Part shown: positions 24,587 through 36,860 of the stretch, one piece after another
Layout of the letters: each line of letters opens with the position of its first letter
Position numbering within the stretch: the first letter of the stretch is position 1
Source: Malacoraja senta
Taxonomy: Eukaryota
Direction: 5' to 3'
Length of the DNA: 64,000 bases
NCBI GenBank assembly: GCA_038087875.1
Contig: CM075988.1
Location: 26,786,001 to 26,850,000, forward strand
Notes under the pieces: model-generated
Databases searched by the model: none
What the model saw: only the letters and a program-made list of their open reading frames with translations
What the model was told of the DNA's origin: nothing
Made by a program: the position numbers and the translations under genes

Positions 24587-24821
24587 GAATGTTTAAGAAA
24601 GAACTGCAGATGCTGGAAAAATCGAAGGTAGACCAAAATGCTGGAGGAACTCAGCGGGTGAGGCAGCATCTATGGAGGGAAAGAATAGGTAACGTTTCGG
24701 GTCGAAACCCTTCTTCCCTTCTTCAGTCTGAAGGAGGGTCTCGACCAGAAACGTTACCTAATCCTTCGCTCCATAGATGCTGCCTCACCCGCTGAGTTTC
24801 TTCAGCATTTTTGTCTACCTT
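24587..24821. mobile_element. Palindromic Penelope-derived insertion
   Basis: Inverted arms; 11-bp TSD CCAAGTTAACA. Confidence 0.8.
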
Positions 24822-24929
24822 CCAAGTTAACATAATTTAGATCTGTAAGGAGCCCGGGGAAGGCTGGACTTTATTCCCCCAGTTCTGTCTGTTCCTTGTC
24901 AGTGTGAAAGAGAATGCCTTGCTTTACCA

Positions 24930-24992
24930 GCTTTCCCAAAGACCGATTGAACTCAAATCCAGAGAGTTCAAAGGTCAATACAGGAGGCAGTT
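24930..24992 (-). other. Inverted partial duplicate of USP28 exon 11 in intron 12
   Basis: Reverse complement matches 23256-23318 at 59/63 positions; ORF track shows [20 protein letters not shown]. Confidence 0.95.
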
Positions 24993-24995
24993 CCT

Positions 24996-25294
24996 CAGCT
25001 TCTTCCCGCAGGTTATAAGACTGATAAACGGACTTTGTCCCCTGCCAAAGTATCGTGCACCAACCACCAACCTGGACACACTGCAGCAGAGCCACTGTCG
25101 TGCCGCTGCCGATCGGAACGCCTGTTGATGTTTAGTAGAGTAGAGTGTTAATTTGTTCATGATATATGTATTTTTGCTTCTATTTATTTTTTACTGCACA
25201 CTGGAATGGACACTGGTTGAGGAACTTTTTTTGTTTCCTCTGGGTATGCGAATACTCAGGAAATGACAATAAAGATATACAATACAATACAATA
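24996..25294 (+). mobile_element. 5'-truncated Rex1/Babar-type LINE 3' end
   Basis: SFFPQVIRLIN resembles the Rex1 ORF end; GACAATAAA followed by an (ATACA)n tail. Confidence 0.65.
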
Positions 25295-25808
25295 AACCAT
25301 TCTGGAATGGAAAAAGGCAGGGCTAAATACACAACGGTTTCCATGTGGACTTCTGCTCTAATGAACGCCTTCAGAGGGAGACTTGTTAGATCATGGATTA
25401 ATCTGGAAGGTTAGGAAGAATTGTGGAAGGCCTTTTGCAGGGTAGGTATGGATAAATGTATCTGCTTGTGGAGGCTTTTGAAACTAAGGTATCATAAATG
25501 TACAATAGTCAATAATGTAAGCAATAAGAAAGCCAAGAAAAACATTTGTATTAGCGAAGGGTTAATTTGGAAGGTGAAATATGGAACTTAATTACACAAG
25601 GTAATGGCATGGCAGGTAAATTACACTGATGTATGGTCAAAAAAAAGAAAGAGAAGAATGCTGATTGAACCAAATTGGTCAATATTGACATTTATGCTCC
25701 ACATAAACATATCCTGGACAATTTCAATGTTTTATTTCACGGCTGTAAATCTATGTGAAATGTTTTTCCGTTATCCCTGTTGAGTATTTTGTTCCCTGTG
25801 TTTTGTAG

Positions 25809-25982
25809 ATACATGAACTATGGGTCTGGTCGTAGTGGGTTTCCGCTGGCTGATATGTTGCAGTATGTCTGGGAGTTTTCCAGCACCAAACCATCCATCG
25901 TGCCTCCAACACAAGACACCGTGACTACCTTGCTCCCAAAGTCACCGCCCGACACCAGCCTCACCCTGCCGGTGCAAACCAG
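25809..25982 (+). CDS. USP28: USP28 exon 13 (YMNYGSGRSGFPLADMLQYVWEFSSTKP)
   Basis: 174 nt, tag/gtagtg boundaries. Confidence 0.92.
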
Positions 25983-26551
25983 GTAGTGCAGTCGGAACGT
26001 GAGCAGCTATTTATGCCAAAGCTTGACGTAAAGTGAACGGTGAGGCCAGGGAGAGAGTTGCTGCTACAGTGTTTGGGTTTGGAAGTTTAGCAAGACCAAG
26101 GACACTGACTGGGAGAAAAACAAACCATTTGCCCAAAAGCTGAAATTTGACAATATATTTTCTAATTAGTTCCCAGAATGTGATCAACACTACATTTATT
26201 ACTGAACCATGGAGAGAATGGTAATGAACCTTGCTGGTGACCTGCTGCTGCCTGTGTAATGTACAATGCTGTTGGGTCACGAGCTCCAGGGGCCACAGTG
26301 GAAATGCCTGCAGATGGACTGCTGCATAACCTGTGATGTTGGGAGTTGGTGGTGGTCTGATGGGTTTGTGCCTATGTTTCTGGTTGGTGGAGGTCACAGG
26401 TTTGGGTAGACCATGTGGACGTTACACGTTGCAGTTGCCAGTGGGATTACTTAGTTCTGAATGCTATTGATCTTCCAGATAGTGGACATGGTCAACACCA
26501 TTGAGGCTGTTACGTCCCCATCAATAATTGTACTTGATGTTTATATTTCAG

Positions 26552-26769
26552 CCTCTCAGAGCTGACTGCCGCTGAGCCTGCTGAAGGCACGAGTCCTGTG
26601 GGCACAGCTCAGCTACAGCGTGCCACTCTACACAAGCCATTCACACAGAGCAACCCTCCCATGGAGATGCCTGCCCACCCTGCACCCCGGAACATCACTG
26701 CACAGGAGCTCGCCTTCCTGGACAACTGCCTTCAGCGCTGGAGGGCAGAGGTGGAGAATGACATCGCAG
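26552..26769 (+). CDS. USP28: USP28 exon 14 (HKPFTQS...MEMPAHPAPR...CLQRWRAEVENDI)
   Basis: 218 nt, ttcag/gtgagc, phase-consistent. Confidence 0.9.
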
Positions 26770-26929
26770 GTGAGCAGACTGACCTTCACCAGGTACGTGT
26801 GTGTCGGCCAGGCATCTCTGAGACCCCATGGAAGGAATAGAGACTTCACTGCAAAGAATGTCCATGCAACATGGGTTGGAGTTACATCTCCCACAATCTA
26901 TTCATTAATTTCTTTGTACTCCCATTTAG

Positions 26930-27000
26930 ATCTGAAAAACAAGATCAACGAGATCAAACATTCAATTGACCAGATGTACACAGACAGTCTCATGTGTCAG
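26930..27000 (+). CDS. USP28: USP28 exon 15
   Basis: 71 nt, tag/gtaaaa; DLKNKINEIKHSIDQMYTDSLMCQ. Confidence 0.93.
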
Positions 27001-27557
27001 GTAAAATCATCATTTGCTTTTCACATAAAACACAATCAGAATCTTGTGTGTAAAAAAAAAAGGCAGTGAAATATATTTGGATCAGTAACGTTTCAAATGA
27101 TTTGTTCCTGCCCATGTCCAAATGAGCCAGAATTAATCCTTGCTGATGCCACAGTAGCGGATGTCCTGGAGTCCTGTCATACCTAATCATGAATGAATGG
27201 TGGTCGTGACCAGTGAAAGACTAGAGAAGAGAAGGATTACTGACCACACACCACCTGAGTGCCAAGAATTAGGCTGAAGGTTTTGCAACCTTTTTCATCC
27301 AATAATGCCTGCTCTTTCTCAGTGGCCTCCGGAGGTTCCCACGTCTTCATGACCAGTTTCATGACCGCCACGTGATATCAGAAACAGCCGAGCTGTGTTC
27401 TACACAAAGAACCAGCTGTGCTTTTGGATTGGGGATCCATTTTTGGGTCAGCTGTGTCGTACTGGAGCCGTTTGAATGAGTTATCTAGAATGTTAATTGC
27501 TTAACTCCAGCAAGAACAACTTTGGCTTAATCTGATGGCTCTTTGTCTGCCAACTAG

Positions 27558-27786
27558 GTTCCTTACCGGCTTCATGCAGTGCTTGTGCATGAAGGCCAGG
27601 CCTCAGCTGGCCATTACTGGGCGTACATCTACGACCACAGTGAGAACACCTGGCTCAAGTACAATGATCTCTTGGTGGCCGTGTCGTCCTGGGACGAGCT
27701 GCAGAGAGATTCATATGGAGGGTCTCGTAATGCCAGTGCGTATTGCCTGATGTACATTAATGATAACTTGCCCCAACTCATTGCAG
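27558..27786 (+). CDS. USP28: USP28 exon 16, catalytic His box ([16 protein letters not shown]...WLKYND)
   Basis: 229 nt, tag/gtaaag; His codon 27612-27614. Confidence 0.97.
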
Positions 27787-27975
27787 GTAAAGAGTTGTCC
27801 TTCCACACCTTCTGTCACTGACATTTGCTTAGAATGCATCACTTTCCAAACACTTTCACATTTAGCCACTGTGACTGTTACACTTAATCTCTATGGAATT
27901 CCAATGGATATTGAAATGTTGTTTTCCAATTCTTCACCGCACATTGAAATACAATGAATGTTGTTGAAATTACAG

Positions 27976-28176
27976 AGGACACGGATGTGGAAACTGGCCA
28001 GAGTTTGAGATCCATCCATACCCTTCCACCAGAACTTGTGGAGTATGTTCGTGAAGACAACCGGCATTTTATGCAGGAACTGGAAGAGTGGAATGATGAG
28101 CAAGTCCGAAAAATCCCACAGAAGGAACTGGTTGGAATGTCCGCAGTACAGGAGGCTGGGGGCAGCGCTGCAGAAG
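27976..28176 (+). CDS. USP28: USP28 exon 17
   Basis: 201 nt, cag/gtaatg; EDNRHFMQELEEWNDEQVRKIPQ. Confidence 0.92.
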
Positions 28177-28783
28177 GTAATGTTGTGTTGGGAAGGGTTC
28201 ATGGGGCCGAGAATAAACAATATCTAGTTCTGGATATGAAAGCTTTAAAGGAAAGGACTAACGGACTTTGGACTTTGAATAATGCCGCTAAAAATGGCAG
28301 CAACCGCATGTGTGACATATGCAAAGAGAATCTCACTGAGCAGTTACATAGGTGACAAATAAAGCAGTATTGAAATGTAGGGAGACTTTCCGATGGCAGT
28401 TTGAGTTAGAGATGTGTGACAGACCACAACTGTGAGAGCACAAGCTTATTATGTGGGACCAAGACAGGTGTGAATAGTGTGAACAACTTCTAGCAATGAC
28501 GAGTGCTTTGGGGCTTACAATTTTTCAATGATTCTCATCTGTGAAAGCAGATTAAAGGACAGGGGAGCGCAGTGTATAAGCACACTGCCCTCATCACATT
28601 CTAACCCCATTTCAGATTCATATGCTGCACAAATACAGTTCTCCAAAACACTGATAACTTTTAAGACCAGGAATTGAAAGTTTCAAACCTTGATTACAAT
28701 TCTGAAGCTATCTTTCGACAGATCAGTATTAGCTGCATTGCAGCGTAAACTCTGGCACTTCTCTCATTCCCTTTGTCATACAG

Positions 28784-28923
28784 AAGAGAGCGTTGCCAGC
28801 CAGCAGACAACATGTTGTGCCTCTGCCAAGCATGCCATGATGGTGAAGGATCAAACTGCCCAGGCCATTGAGAAAGCTGCAACTTCATACGAGAATGTTG
28901 GTGCCAAGGCTGCCTTGAAGGAG
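28784..28923 (+). CDS. USP28: USP28 exon 18
   Basis: 140 nt, cag/gtgaga; HAMMVKDQTAQAIEKAATSYE. Confidence 0.93.
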
Positions 28924-31900
28924 GTGAGAGAGTCGGCCGTTTACAACCATTCCTTTTACATGTTAAAGTCAGTGGATAGTTTTAAGGCAGGGATTGATAG
29001 ATTCATGATTAGTGCGGGTGTCAGAGGTTATGGTGGAGAAGGCAGGAGAATGGGGTTAGGAGGGAGAGATAGAATGGCGGAGTAGACTTGATGGGCTGAA
29101 TGACCTAATTCTGCTCGTACAACTTATGAACTTACTATTGTAACATTACCAGAAGAGAAAGAGCATTCAGTCAGTTTTCAACAGTTTAATTGTGAGGATG
29201 TCCCCTGTATTTGGTCACCGACTGAAATTTAATGAGGTTTTATTTTGATCTGGTCTTTGAGAAATGTGGTGCAGGAAAAGGCCCTATTTTAGAATCACGA
29301 TGTAGAACATGAACGCGTCCACACACGCCTAGTGTGTTTATTGTTTAAGTTTCCGTTCCACAAAACTGGTTTGTTCCCTAACCAAGAGATCGTTCTTCAA
29401 ATGTCAATCTAGGACATATATCCACTGGTGAGGAGAATCATAGTATGTTGCAATCTCATCCTAACCCACTCACACTGAAAGACTTTCCCTACAAGATTAA
29501 GGGACAATGTATGGAGCAAAATCCATGTCATTATTTTGATGAGGCTAGTTTTAATTGTCTGATCATGGTATTGCATACGTGGAGTTTACATGTTTCACTG
29601 TGACCACCTGGGTTTTCTCCGTGAGCCCCAGTTTGATGTTACTGGCCCAGGTGTGTACGTGGGTGGTAGAATCTAGGGGAATGTGGGGATGAGTTGATGC
29701 GGGTGGGTGGGTGATGGTCAGTGCAGACTGAGTTTCCAGAGGGCAATTTCCTTGTTGATTCTCCCTCGCTGCACCTTTAGTCTAGGATCTGTCATTGCAT
29801 CAAAAGTGACCGTGCTTTAACCAGTGCTCCTGTCAAATGGCATTTTAGATGTCAAACCTTAGGTTTAATAGGATTACAACCAGACATGTTTGTTGCTGCA
29901 ATATCTAATTATATCATGTCCCCTTGACTGTTTATCCAGCTTGCTTTCCAATTACTTCATGCTTTGTCTTATTAAAACTGTTCTGTTAGCAAAGTGCAAA
30001 TGACTCCCAGTATAATAGGTGTTTGGGGAAGATGCCTGCAGATTTCCATTGCATGTAGGAGGTGGAGGTAAGTTATTATACCCATTAAGCTTCCATAAAT
30101 TCTCTGCCTTGACTTCACATACCCTCTCGTGCACCATGTCTCTCAGTACCTTTGTGGACAAATCGCTCAGTTATTTCTCCCATGCAGCCGGGCTCTGATT
30201 GTGAAATTATACTTCATCGTTCTGCCATCAGAGGGGATATATTTACTTCTCAAGTACTTGTTGCTCCTTTCATGGAGTGATTTGTACACTTGGGCTCAGT
30301 AATCTCTGTTTTAGCTGAAGAATGGATACATTTTATAAAGGATAGTTTATCCTTTTAAAGAGAATGTGTGAGAGATTGTACAATGACACGAATAGCAAGT
30401 TAACATGTTTTTGGCCAAGCGAGGACCATTGTTCAGGACACTGGGAGAATCTTGCAATATTTTCATAACATCTTCACCACAAGACTTGTCTCTGTTTCTC
30501 TGTCTATGGTGAGCACCATTATGGTGTGCTTTTGCAGGAAGTATTAGACGGAGAAAAAGAGACAGCTCATGAAAAATATTGCAACCTTCTCCCTGTATCC
30601 TGACCAATATTCGTTTCATAGCCAAAATCATCTTCCCTTGCCCTTTGTGTAATTGCATCTCATACAATCTCTCAGAGTACAACGTGGTTGCAACATCTGT
30701 ACAATGGAGACCGCTTTATAAAGCAGTTCATGAACCAACCACAGTGTCATTGCGTTGATGAGATGGTGGGGTGGTTCAAGTGATGAGTGACCTTCCCGTA
30801 GTTCTACTCATAGTAAAGCACAAGCCCATCTCCTACTCCGCTTGGGTAGCCTACAATCCAACGGAGTGAATATTGAATTCTCCAATTAGCGGTAGTACGG
30901 CATTTATCTCCACTCTTTCCTGTGCCTCCTTCAACTCACTTCTCCCGTTATCCTTCACCCCCTCATCTCCTTCCACTTATATCCCTCCTGGCTTTACATT
31001 TTATTGTCACCCTTTTGTCTCCTTCTCGAGCCTTTGTCCACTCATCTGGCAATCAAACCCTCATGCTGGGGCATTGTCATGGACATACCTCTCTTTATCA
31101 CCATTCTCCCCCTACGACAAGAAGGGTCTTGATGCGAAACTTCACCTGTCCATTTCCTCCAGAGATGCTCCTTGACCCTCAGAGTCACGTTAGTGCTTTG
31201 AGTTTGATGCAAGTTTCAGCTCCTGCAGTTCCTTGTGTCTCCACAGCATGGCGCTCTCTAGGTTCATCATGCATTTTTTGTCTTTATTCCAACATTGTGA
31301 CGCGTTGATTTTGTGGTCAATCGTCACCTTGAGGATTAATGTAAGTGGCTGTGAGGTTGAAGTGAGCAGGATATCTGGAGCAACACAAGTTATTTGTACG
31401 TCTGTCTTCGGTTTAAACCAGCATCTGCAGTTCCTTCCTACACATTATTTGTGTTCCTGAGAAGTTATATCAATGGAAATTGTCTTATTGTAGTAACAAG
31501 GAACTGCAGATGTTGGTTTATACCAAAGGTAGACACCAAGTGCTGGAGTAACTCAGCGGGTCAGGCAGCATCTCTGGAGAACATGGATAGGTGACGTTTG
31601 GGTCGGGACCCCACTTCACTTTTTGGGACCGCTCTCTTCAGGCTGAGACACCAACTCTACAGCACGCTGTTCCCATGCCTCAACACAATGGATTATACCA
31701 AGAGAGGGATTTGAAATAAAATCTAATATAGGCCTTTTCACACAAAGGGTGGTGGGTGTATGGAACAAACTGCCAGAGGAGGTAGTTGAGACGGGGCCTA
31801 TTGCAAAGTTTAAGAAACAAGTACGTTGATAGGATAGGTTTGGAGGGATATGGGGCAAATGCAGGCAGGTGGGACTAGTGTTGATGGGACATGTTGGCAA

Positions 31901-32451
31901 GTTGGGCCGAAGGGCCTGTTTCTACGCTGTAAGACTATAACTTTGTCAAATATTCATGGAATATGGAAGTTGCAGGGAATGCCAGAATTCATCTTCCATA
32001 CCAAGTCCACAAACAGGTGGAGATGAACATCCTTGAATCATTCATCTTAATTAGTTTTATACAATGTTTTATTGAATCATTTCAGAGGACGTTAGTGTGG
32101 AAGGCTGTGGGTCTGGAGTTGTTTGGAGTCTAGTTCAGCCTTCTGTAAATTCCATGGGCAAGCTGCTCCAGCTTCATCATTGACATCAACCAATTACTAA
32201 CTCTCTCAGTGTAGAGTTGGATTTAATATCGTCTCCAGATTATTGGACTAATCCCATGGTTACTAGTCCAATGCTACCATATCCAAATACTTCTTCCTAG
32301 TCAAGATGTTTGCTTCTATTTAGTGCGGGCTTTTATACTTGCTCTATCTCACCTTCCTTTGATGATCATTCTTGCCTTTCTCTGTCCTCGTTCTTCCCCT
32401 CCCTTTCCTTTTGTTTTCTCTGCTCTTTTCCCCCACTGTTTTACGAGTTAG

Positions 32452-32643
32452 TCTGAAACAGACCAGGAGACCACGGAAGCCAAAGAGAACTCTGAGCCTG
32501 AAGCAGAATGGGAGCAGGAGGCAGAGAGGCTCAGTGGGCAGGAGCAGCCGTCCGAAACTGTTGGTACCCAGATATCAGAGGTGGACATTCCAACTATTGG
32601 GAAGGTGCAGGTTCGCCATGATGCTGACGGCTACAACGAGGAG
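32452..32643 (+). CDS. USP28: USP28 cassette exon 19a (muscle-type; SETDQE...ISEVDIPTIGKVQVRHDADGYNEE)
   Basis: 192 nt, phase 0-0, after a long polypyrimidine tract, gtatca donor; C-terminal half resembles the recalled human long-isoform sequence VSEVEIPSVGRILVRSDADGYDEE; this frame is missing from the ORF track. Confidence 0.82.
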
Positions 32644-33600
32644 GTATCAGGTCAACTGGAGATTGGGCAGGGATCATTTGCTTACTGATTACACTGTAAC
32701 TACATATTTTATCATTTGAGGAAGCTTGGCTAAACAAGTTTATTGTTTTTGTTAATGTTGCCATTTTAATGGCAATGTGAACGATGTAGTAGATCGCGGG
32801 TTATGATGCAACTGATGCCGGAGTCTAGCCGGCCCTGTCAGGGAGGCTCATGATTTATTGCTCCAGTAACAGTTTAGTATTCAAGACCTGTATTTAGTAT
32901 TCCAGTTTAGTATTCAAGACCTGTAGTTTGCTTTGTAACCAGTGCAAATATGAAGCCTTGGATTGGGCTCAGAATAAAGCATTCACATCAGTTGCACTTC
33001 AACAGTTGTCTGAGCAACCATGTAACATTATGAAGTGATTTCAAAATGAGAACATAGCTCTGGGAATAAATCATGAGACTCTGTCACTTTGTGTGTACGT
33101 GTGGGTTTGTGTACGTGTACACACACAGAGACACAGTCACACACACACACACACAGACAAACACAGACAGACAGACACACACGCACACACACCAAGAACT
33201 TTGTATTTCAAGCCAATATCTGCCCAAAGTTTCAAGACTTCACAATGTTTTCCACCTGATCATTATATAAACTCTCCCATTTCATGCTTGGGTTTGAAAA
33301 AACCATCAACAACTTGTGTATCTGTTGCACCTGTAATCTAGTGAGACTAAGGTGATTTGTGATAAGCATTATCAAACAGCAGTTGGCGATAACATCAAAG
33401 GTATTGATCAGACTTATATGCCAACTCCCTTAACGTTTATGCATGTTGTGGTTACTATTGGTTAACGTTTTTTAAATGTATATAGATTCCGCTTCAGTAT
33501 TTGACCTATGTACTCTGACCTATGTACTGTGACCTTTGCACTGACCTTTCTCTCTGTCTTTCTACTGCGGTTTTGTCCTCCTCTGGCTGGCTTGTGTCAG

Positions 33601-33696
33601 GAGATGTTGAGTCCCGCCATGCAGGGCATCATTCTAGCAATTGCCAAGTGCAGGTCAGTGCATGACCAGGATGGTGCAGAGGCAGGGCTCGTCAAG
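33601..33696 (+). CDS. USP28: USP28 cassette exon 19b (EMLSPAMQGIILAIAKCRSVHDQDGAEAGLVK)
   Basis: 96 nt, phase 0-0, cag/gtactt; resembles human VMLSPAMQGVILAIAK. Confidence 0.93.
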
Positions 33697-36262
33697 GTAC
33701 TTGCTCTCCTCCTCTTCCACAACATTATGCTTTGCATGTGACGTGCAGACTTTAGGTTATTTCATGCTGCTTCTGCTTCTGCTCTGGTGCGGTAGATTTT
33801 CCAGATGTGATTGATTCTGATATGTTGCCTGTTTCATCTTGACTTCGACCATTTCTTTACGCTAAGATTTCTTACAGAATCTTAAGCTAGAAAGAGTCTG
33901 TGTGTTGGCTATTCAGCTAGTTCCTTTTAGCACTACTTCAGACACAACACTATTAATTATTCCCACTTCATTATACTTTGAGAGTTATTTCAGAACCTTA
34001 TATTCCCTTCCAGGCAGTGCATCTTAAAGAGTGAAAGTATTGGTGGACAGTGTACTTTCCCCACAGTTATGAATGAGTGCATGTTGGTGGGCACGTCCCT
34101 CTGGCCCACAGCAAGCTGTCCAGGAAGGAGTGACACTACCTCCACCATTGCACACGAGCAGTAAGCCGGCCCCAGACTGCTACAAGGATGTGTGGGCTTG
34201 GGCAGATTGGATTTTTATAGGGACATGTTTTAGTCAGCTCTGGGTGATATTAACCTCTAGTCTGAGATGCACGTGTTAAATGGCAATTGAATTTCTTTGA
34301 ACCTACCTGGATTCGGTGAATTTGGTACTGTATTAACTCAAGTTGAGAATTCGTAATAGAGCCAAGCAGGTTACCTTTGTATCTCCTGCGTCACATTCTG
34401 TGGTTTCAGGATTGATATTTTAAATTAGCCATGGAGTTACAGAGTTCAACCTTTATGTAATCCAAATATCCAGGGGTGACATCAATCCCGTGAGAAGTGA
34501 AAATAAGAGAAGTGGAAAAAAAGCATCTGCAGTTCCTTCTTAAACATAATGTTTACCTGAGTCCTTCTCGGTGAGGTGAAGGCACAGAAGCACACACCTG
34601 GAACTGCAGTGAATCCAGGTGGCTCTGAATGTGTCCGATTGTCACAGTGGCCAAGGAAATGTTTATGGATTATCATAAAGGGCAGTTGGAGAAATGTTTA
34701 GAGGGAATTCCAGCGCTTTCAACCAAATCAGTGAAGATGTGTAACAATTGTAATGTTGATTTTCATATACACGTGGTTGGTAACCAGAACATCTCTCTCT
34801 CTCTCGACTACCACTGTTGAATTCACACCTGAAAAAATATATTTGACTATTTCTAAGATTCCTTTGAGCTGTGAGTACAGATGCAGACAGTAGTTTTGCA
34901 TTTCTCCTCCTGGTGATACAAGTTCTTTGGGTAACCTCACTTCAGAAAGCAGAGAGAAGGCATTTGGGTTCTTGTAACTCAAGTGAGGCAACTAATGCTG
35001 CCTCCGCAAAATGCTCCCGATCCATTGAGAGGATAAGAGAAACAGCAGTAGTGTCCTCTCCCAGATGTAGATCCATCCCCTGGACCTACATCCTTATTGC
35101 ATTTGTTTGGCTTCATTGCACAATTCGTCATTGACATACCTGACGTCAGCCTCCCAAAACAGTCATTCTTTTTCAGTCTCTGTCACAGAAGGATATGGAC
35201 AGACAATAGATGATCCCAAAGCCTTCTTGGAAACATTCCAACATCCTCATTGATGTGGTAATCCCTCACTGCTGACTGCTCAAAGTGGAGTACATCCATT
35301 TTGAATGTAATTGAGAACTGCAAGATCGTTCACTGCGAGCACACTGAAGGCCAGACATGACCCAGTTGCCTGTCCTATCAAGCATGTTCTACCCCTTTCC
35401 TCTTGCAGTCAATGTAACCCTCATTATTGGCCTTATCGGTCACAGAACTGGAGTGAAGGTAATCACCCCTAGTCCAGAGGGGTAGTTGAAGAAGATAGCT
35501 ACAAAAACAAGAGTTGAAACTGACCCTGTCTTCCAGTGGAGTGCAAGGAGGATAGACACAAATTGCTGGAGTAACTCAGGAGGACTGTTTATGTCTTTCC
35601 ATTATTTCCACAAACTAATACTTCTCCAGTCAGGATACATGGTGAGCAGATGACATCACCTAAACATAAATACATCAAAATATGATAAATAACTGTTAAG
35701 ATATGAACCAAGTGTTTTGATGTAAATAGTAAGGTTTCTCTTGAGGATTTAGTGATTTGCAACTATCTTTTTAGGAATGGTTTCCTTACAAATTGTTGCC
35801 ATCAGCTTCTGTTATCCATTGGTGAATCCATGTGCATGATTCTTATCTTTGAAAGAACTTCCTGACATATGAGGCTTTGCTGTGTAAATGGGTATCTGCC
35901 TGAAAAGGGGCCGCATTGTGTCCAACCTCAGGCATAGATTACCTGGTCATTGTCCAGCAGACAAATATAGAATGAAATCACTCGGCACTTTCAACACAAG
36001 GTGCTGGTTGAAGTGGAGTTTGTTGGTTAGCGCTGGGTGTAAGGGGCACTGCAGCCCGTGTTGGTCTCAGTCACACCTGCTACCAGCCTGCTTTTGCTTG
36101 CTGCATGCAAGTTCCAATGTGTACCCATCATCTTCATAAAGGAATGATGTCTCTGATATGTTAAAGTTTTCACCATTCACCCATGTTGATTCAGCTGCTG
36201 TTTTATAGTTTGGTATCCATTTGAACATTTGCTTTGTGCTGCCCTCCCTCCTCTGTTTCCAG

Positions 36263-36441
36263 GCATTCCATGAAGAGTACTCCCGCTTGTTTGATCTGGC
36301 GAAGGATGAGCCGACACCTCAGAATGACCATCGGCTTCAGCATGTTCTCGTTTACTTCTTCCAGAACAAGGCCTCCAAGCGGGTCATCGAGCGGACTCTG
36401 CTGGAACAGTTTGCAGATAAAAACCTGAGTTATGATGAAAG
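36263..36441 (+). CDS. USP28: USP28 exon 20 (AFHEEYSRL...FADKNLSYDER)
   Basis: 179 nt, cag/gtgtgg boundaries. Confidence 0.95.
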
Positions 36442-36529
36442 GTGTGGATTGGTCGAACCCAAGTTATAGTTGCAACTCCACTGAGTAGCCTGTCCTCTAA
36501 ACGTCAACCTATTGGATGGATCCATCGGC

Positions 36530-36860
36530 TGCATCTCCTGTGGTTCTGCTCCCCTCCCCCCAGACGCAACAGGGATAGAGTTCCCCTGGACCTCACCTTT
36601 CACCCCACCAGCATCTGCATCCAACACATCATTCTCCAACATTCCACTTACATTCAACACAATCCCACTACCACTCACATCTTCCCATCCCCATCCATCT
36701 CCACTTTGCGCAGAGACCGCTCCCTCCACAACTCCTTGCTTCTCAAACTTGCCCCTGTAACCACAGGAGATGTAACACAGTCCTAATACCTCCTCCCTCG
36801 GATTCATCAAGGGACCTCTGCGATCCTTCCAGGTGAGGTAGAGGTTCCTTGTGTCAACAT
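36530..36860 (+). mobile_element. Degenerate Penelope-like element fragment
   Basis: RNRDRVPLDLTFHPTS..IQHIILQH, similar to the reverse complement of the 7.7-8.2 kb element. Confidence 0.65.

Noticed and set aside
24871..25095. Minus-strand ORF with a USP motif, read as a second USP gene
   Set aside because: Only about 21 codons of homology and no other exons; it is a local inverted duplicate fused to a LINE tail
32372..32719. 115-aa ORF in the ORF track
   Set aside because: Wrong frame; the real exon 19a is read in a different frame
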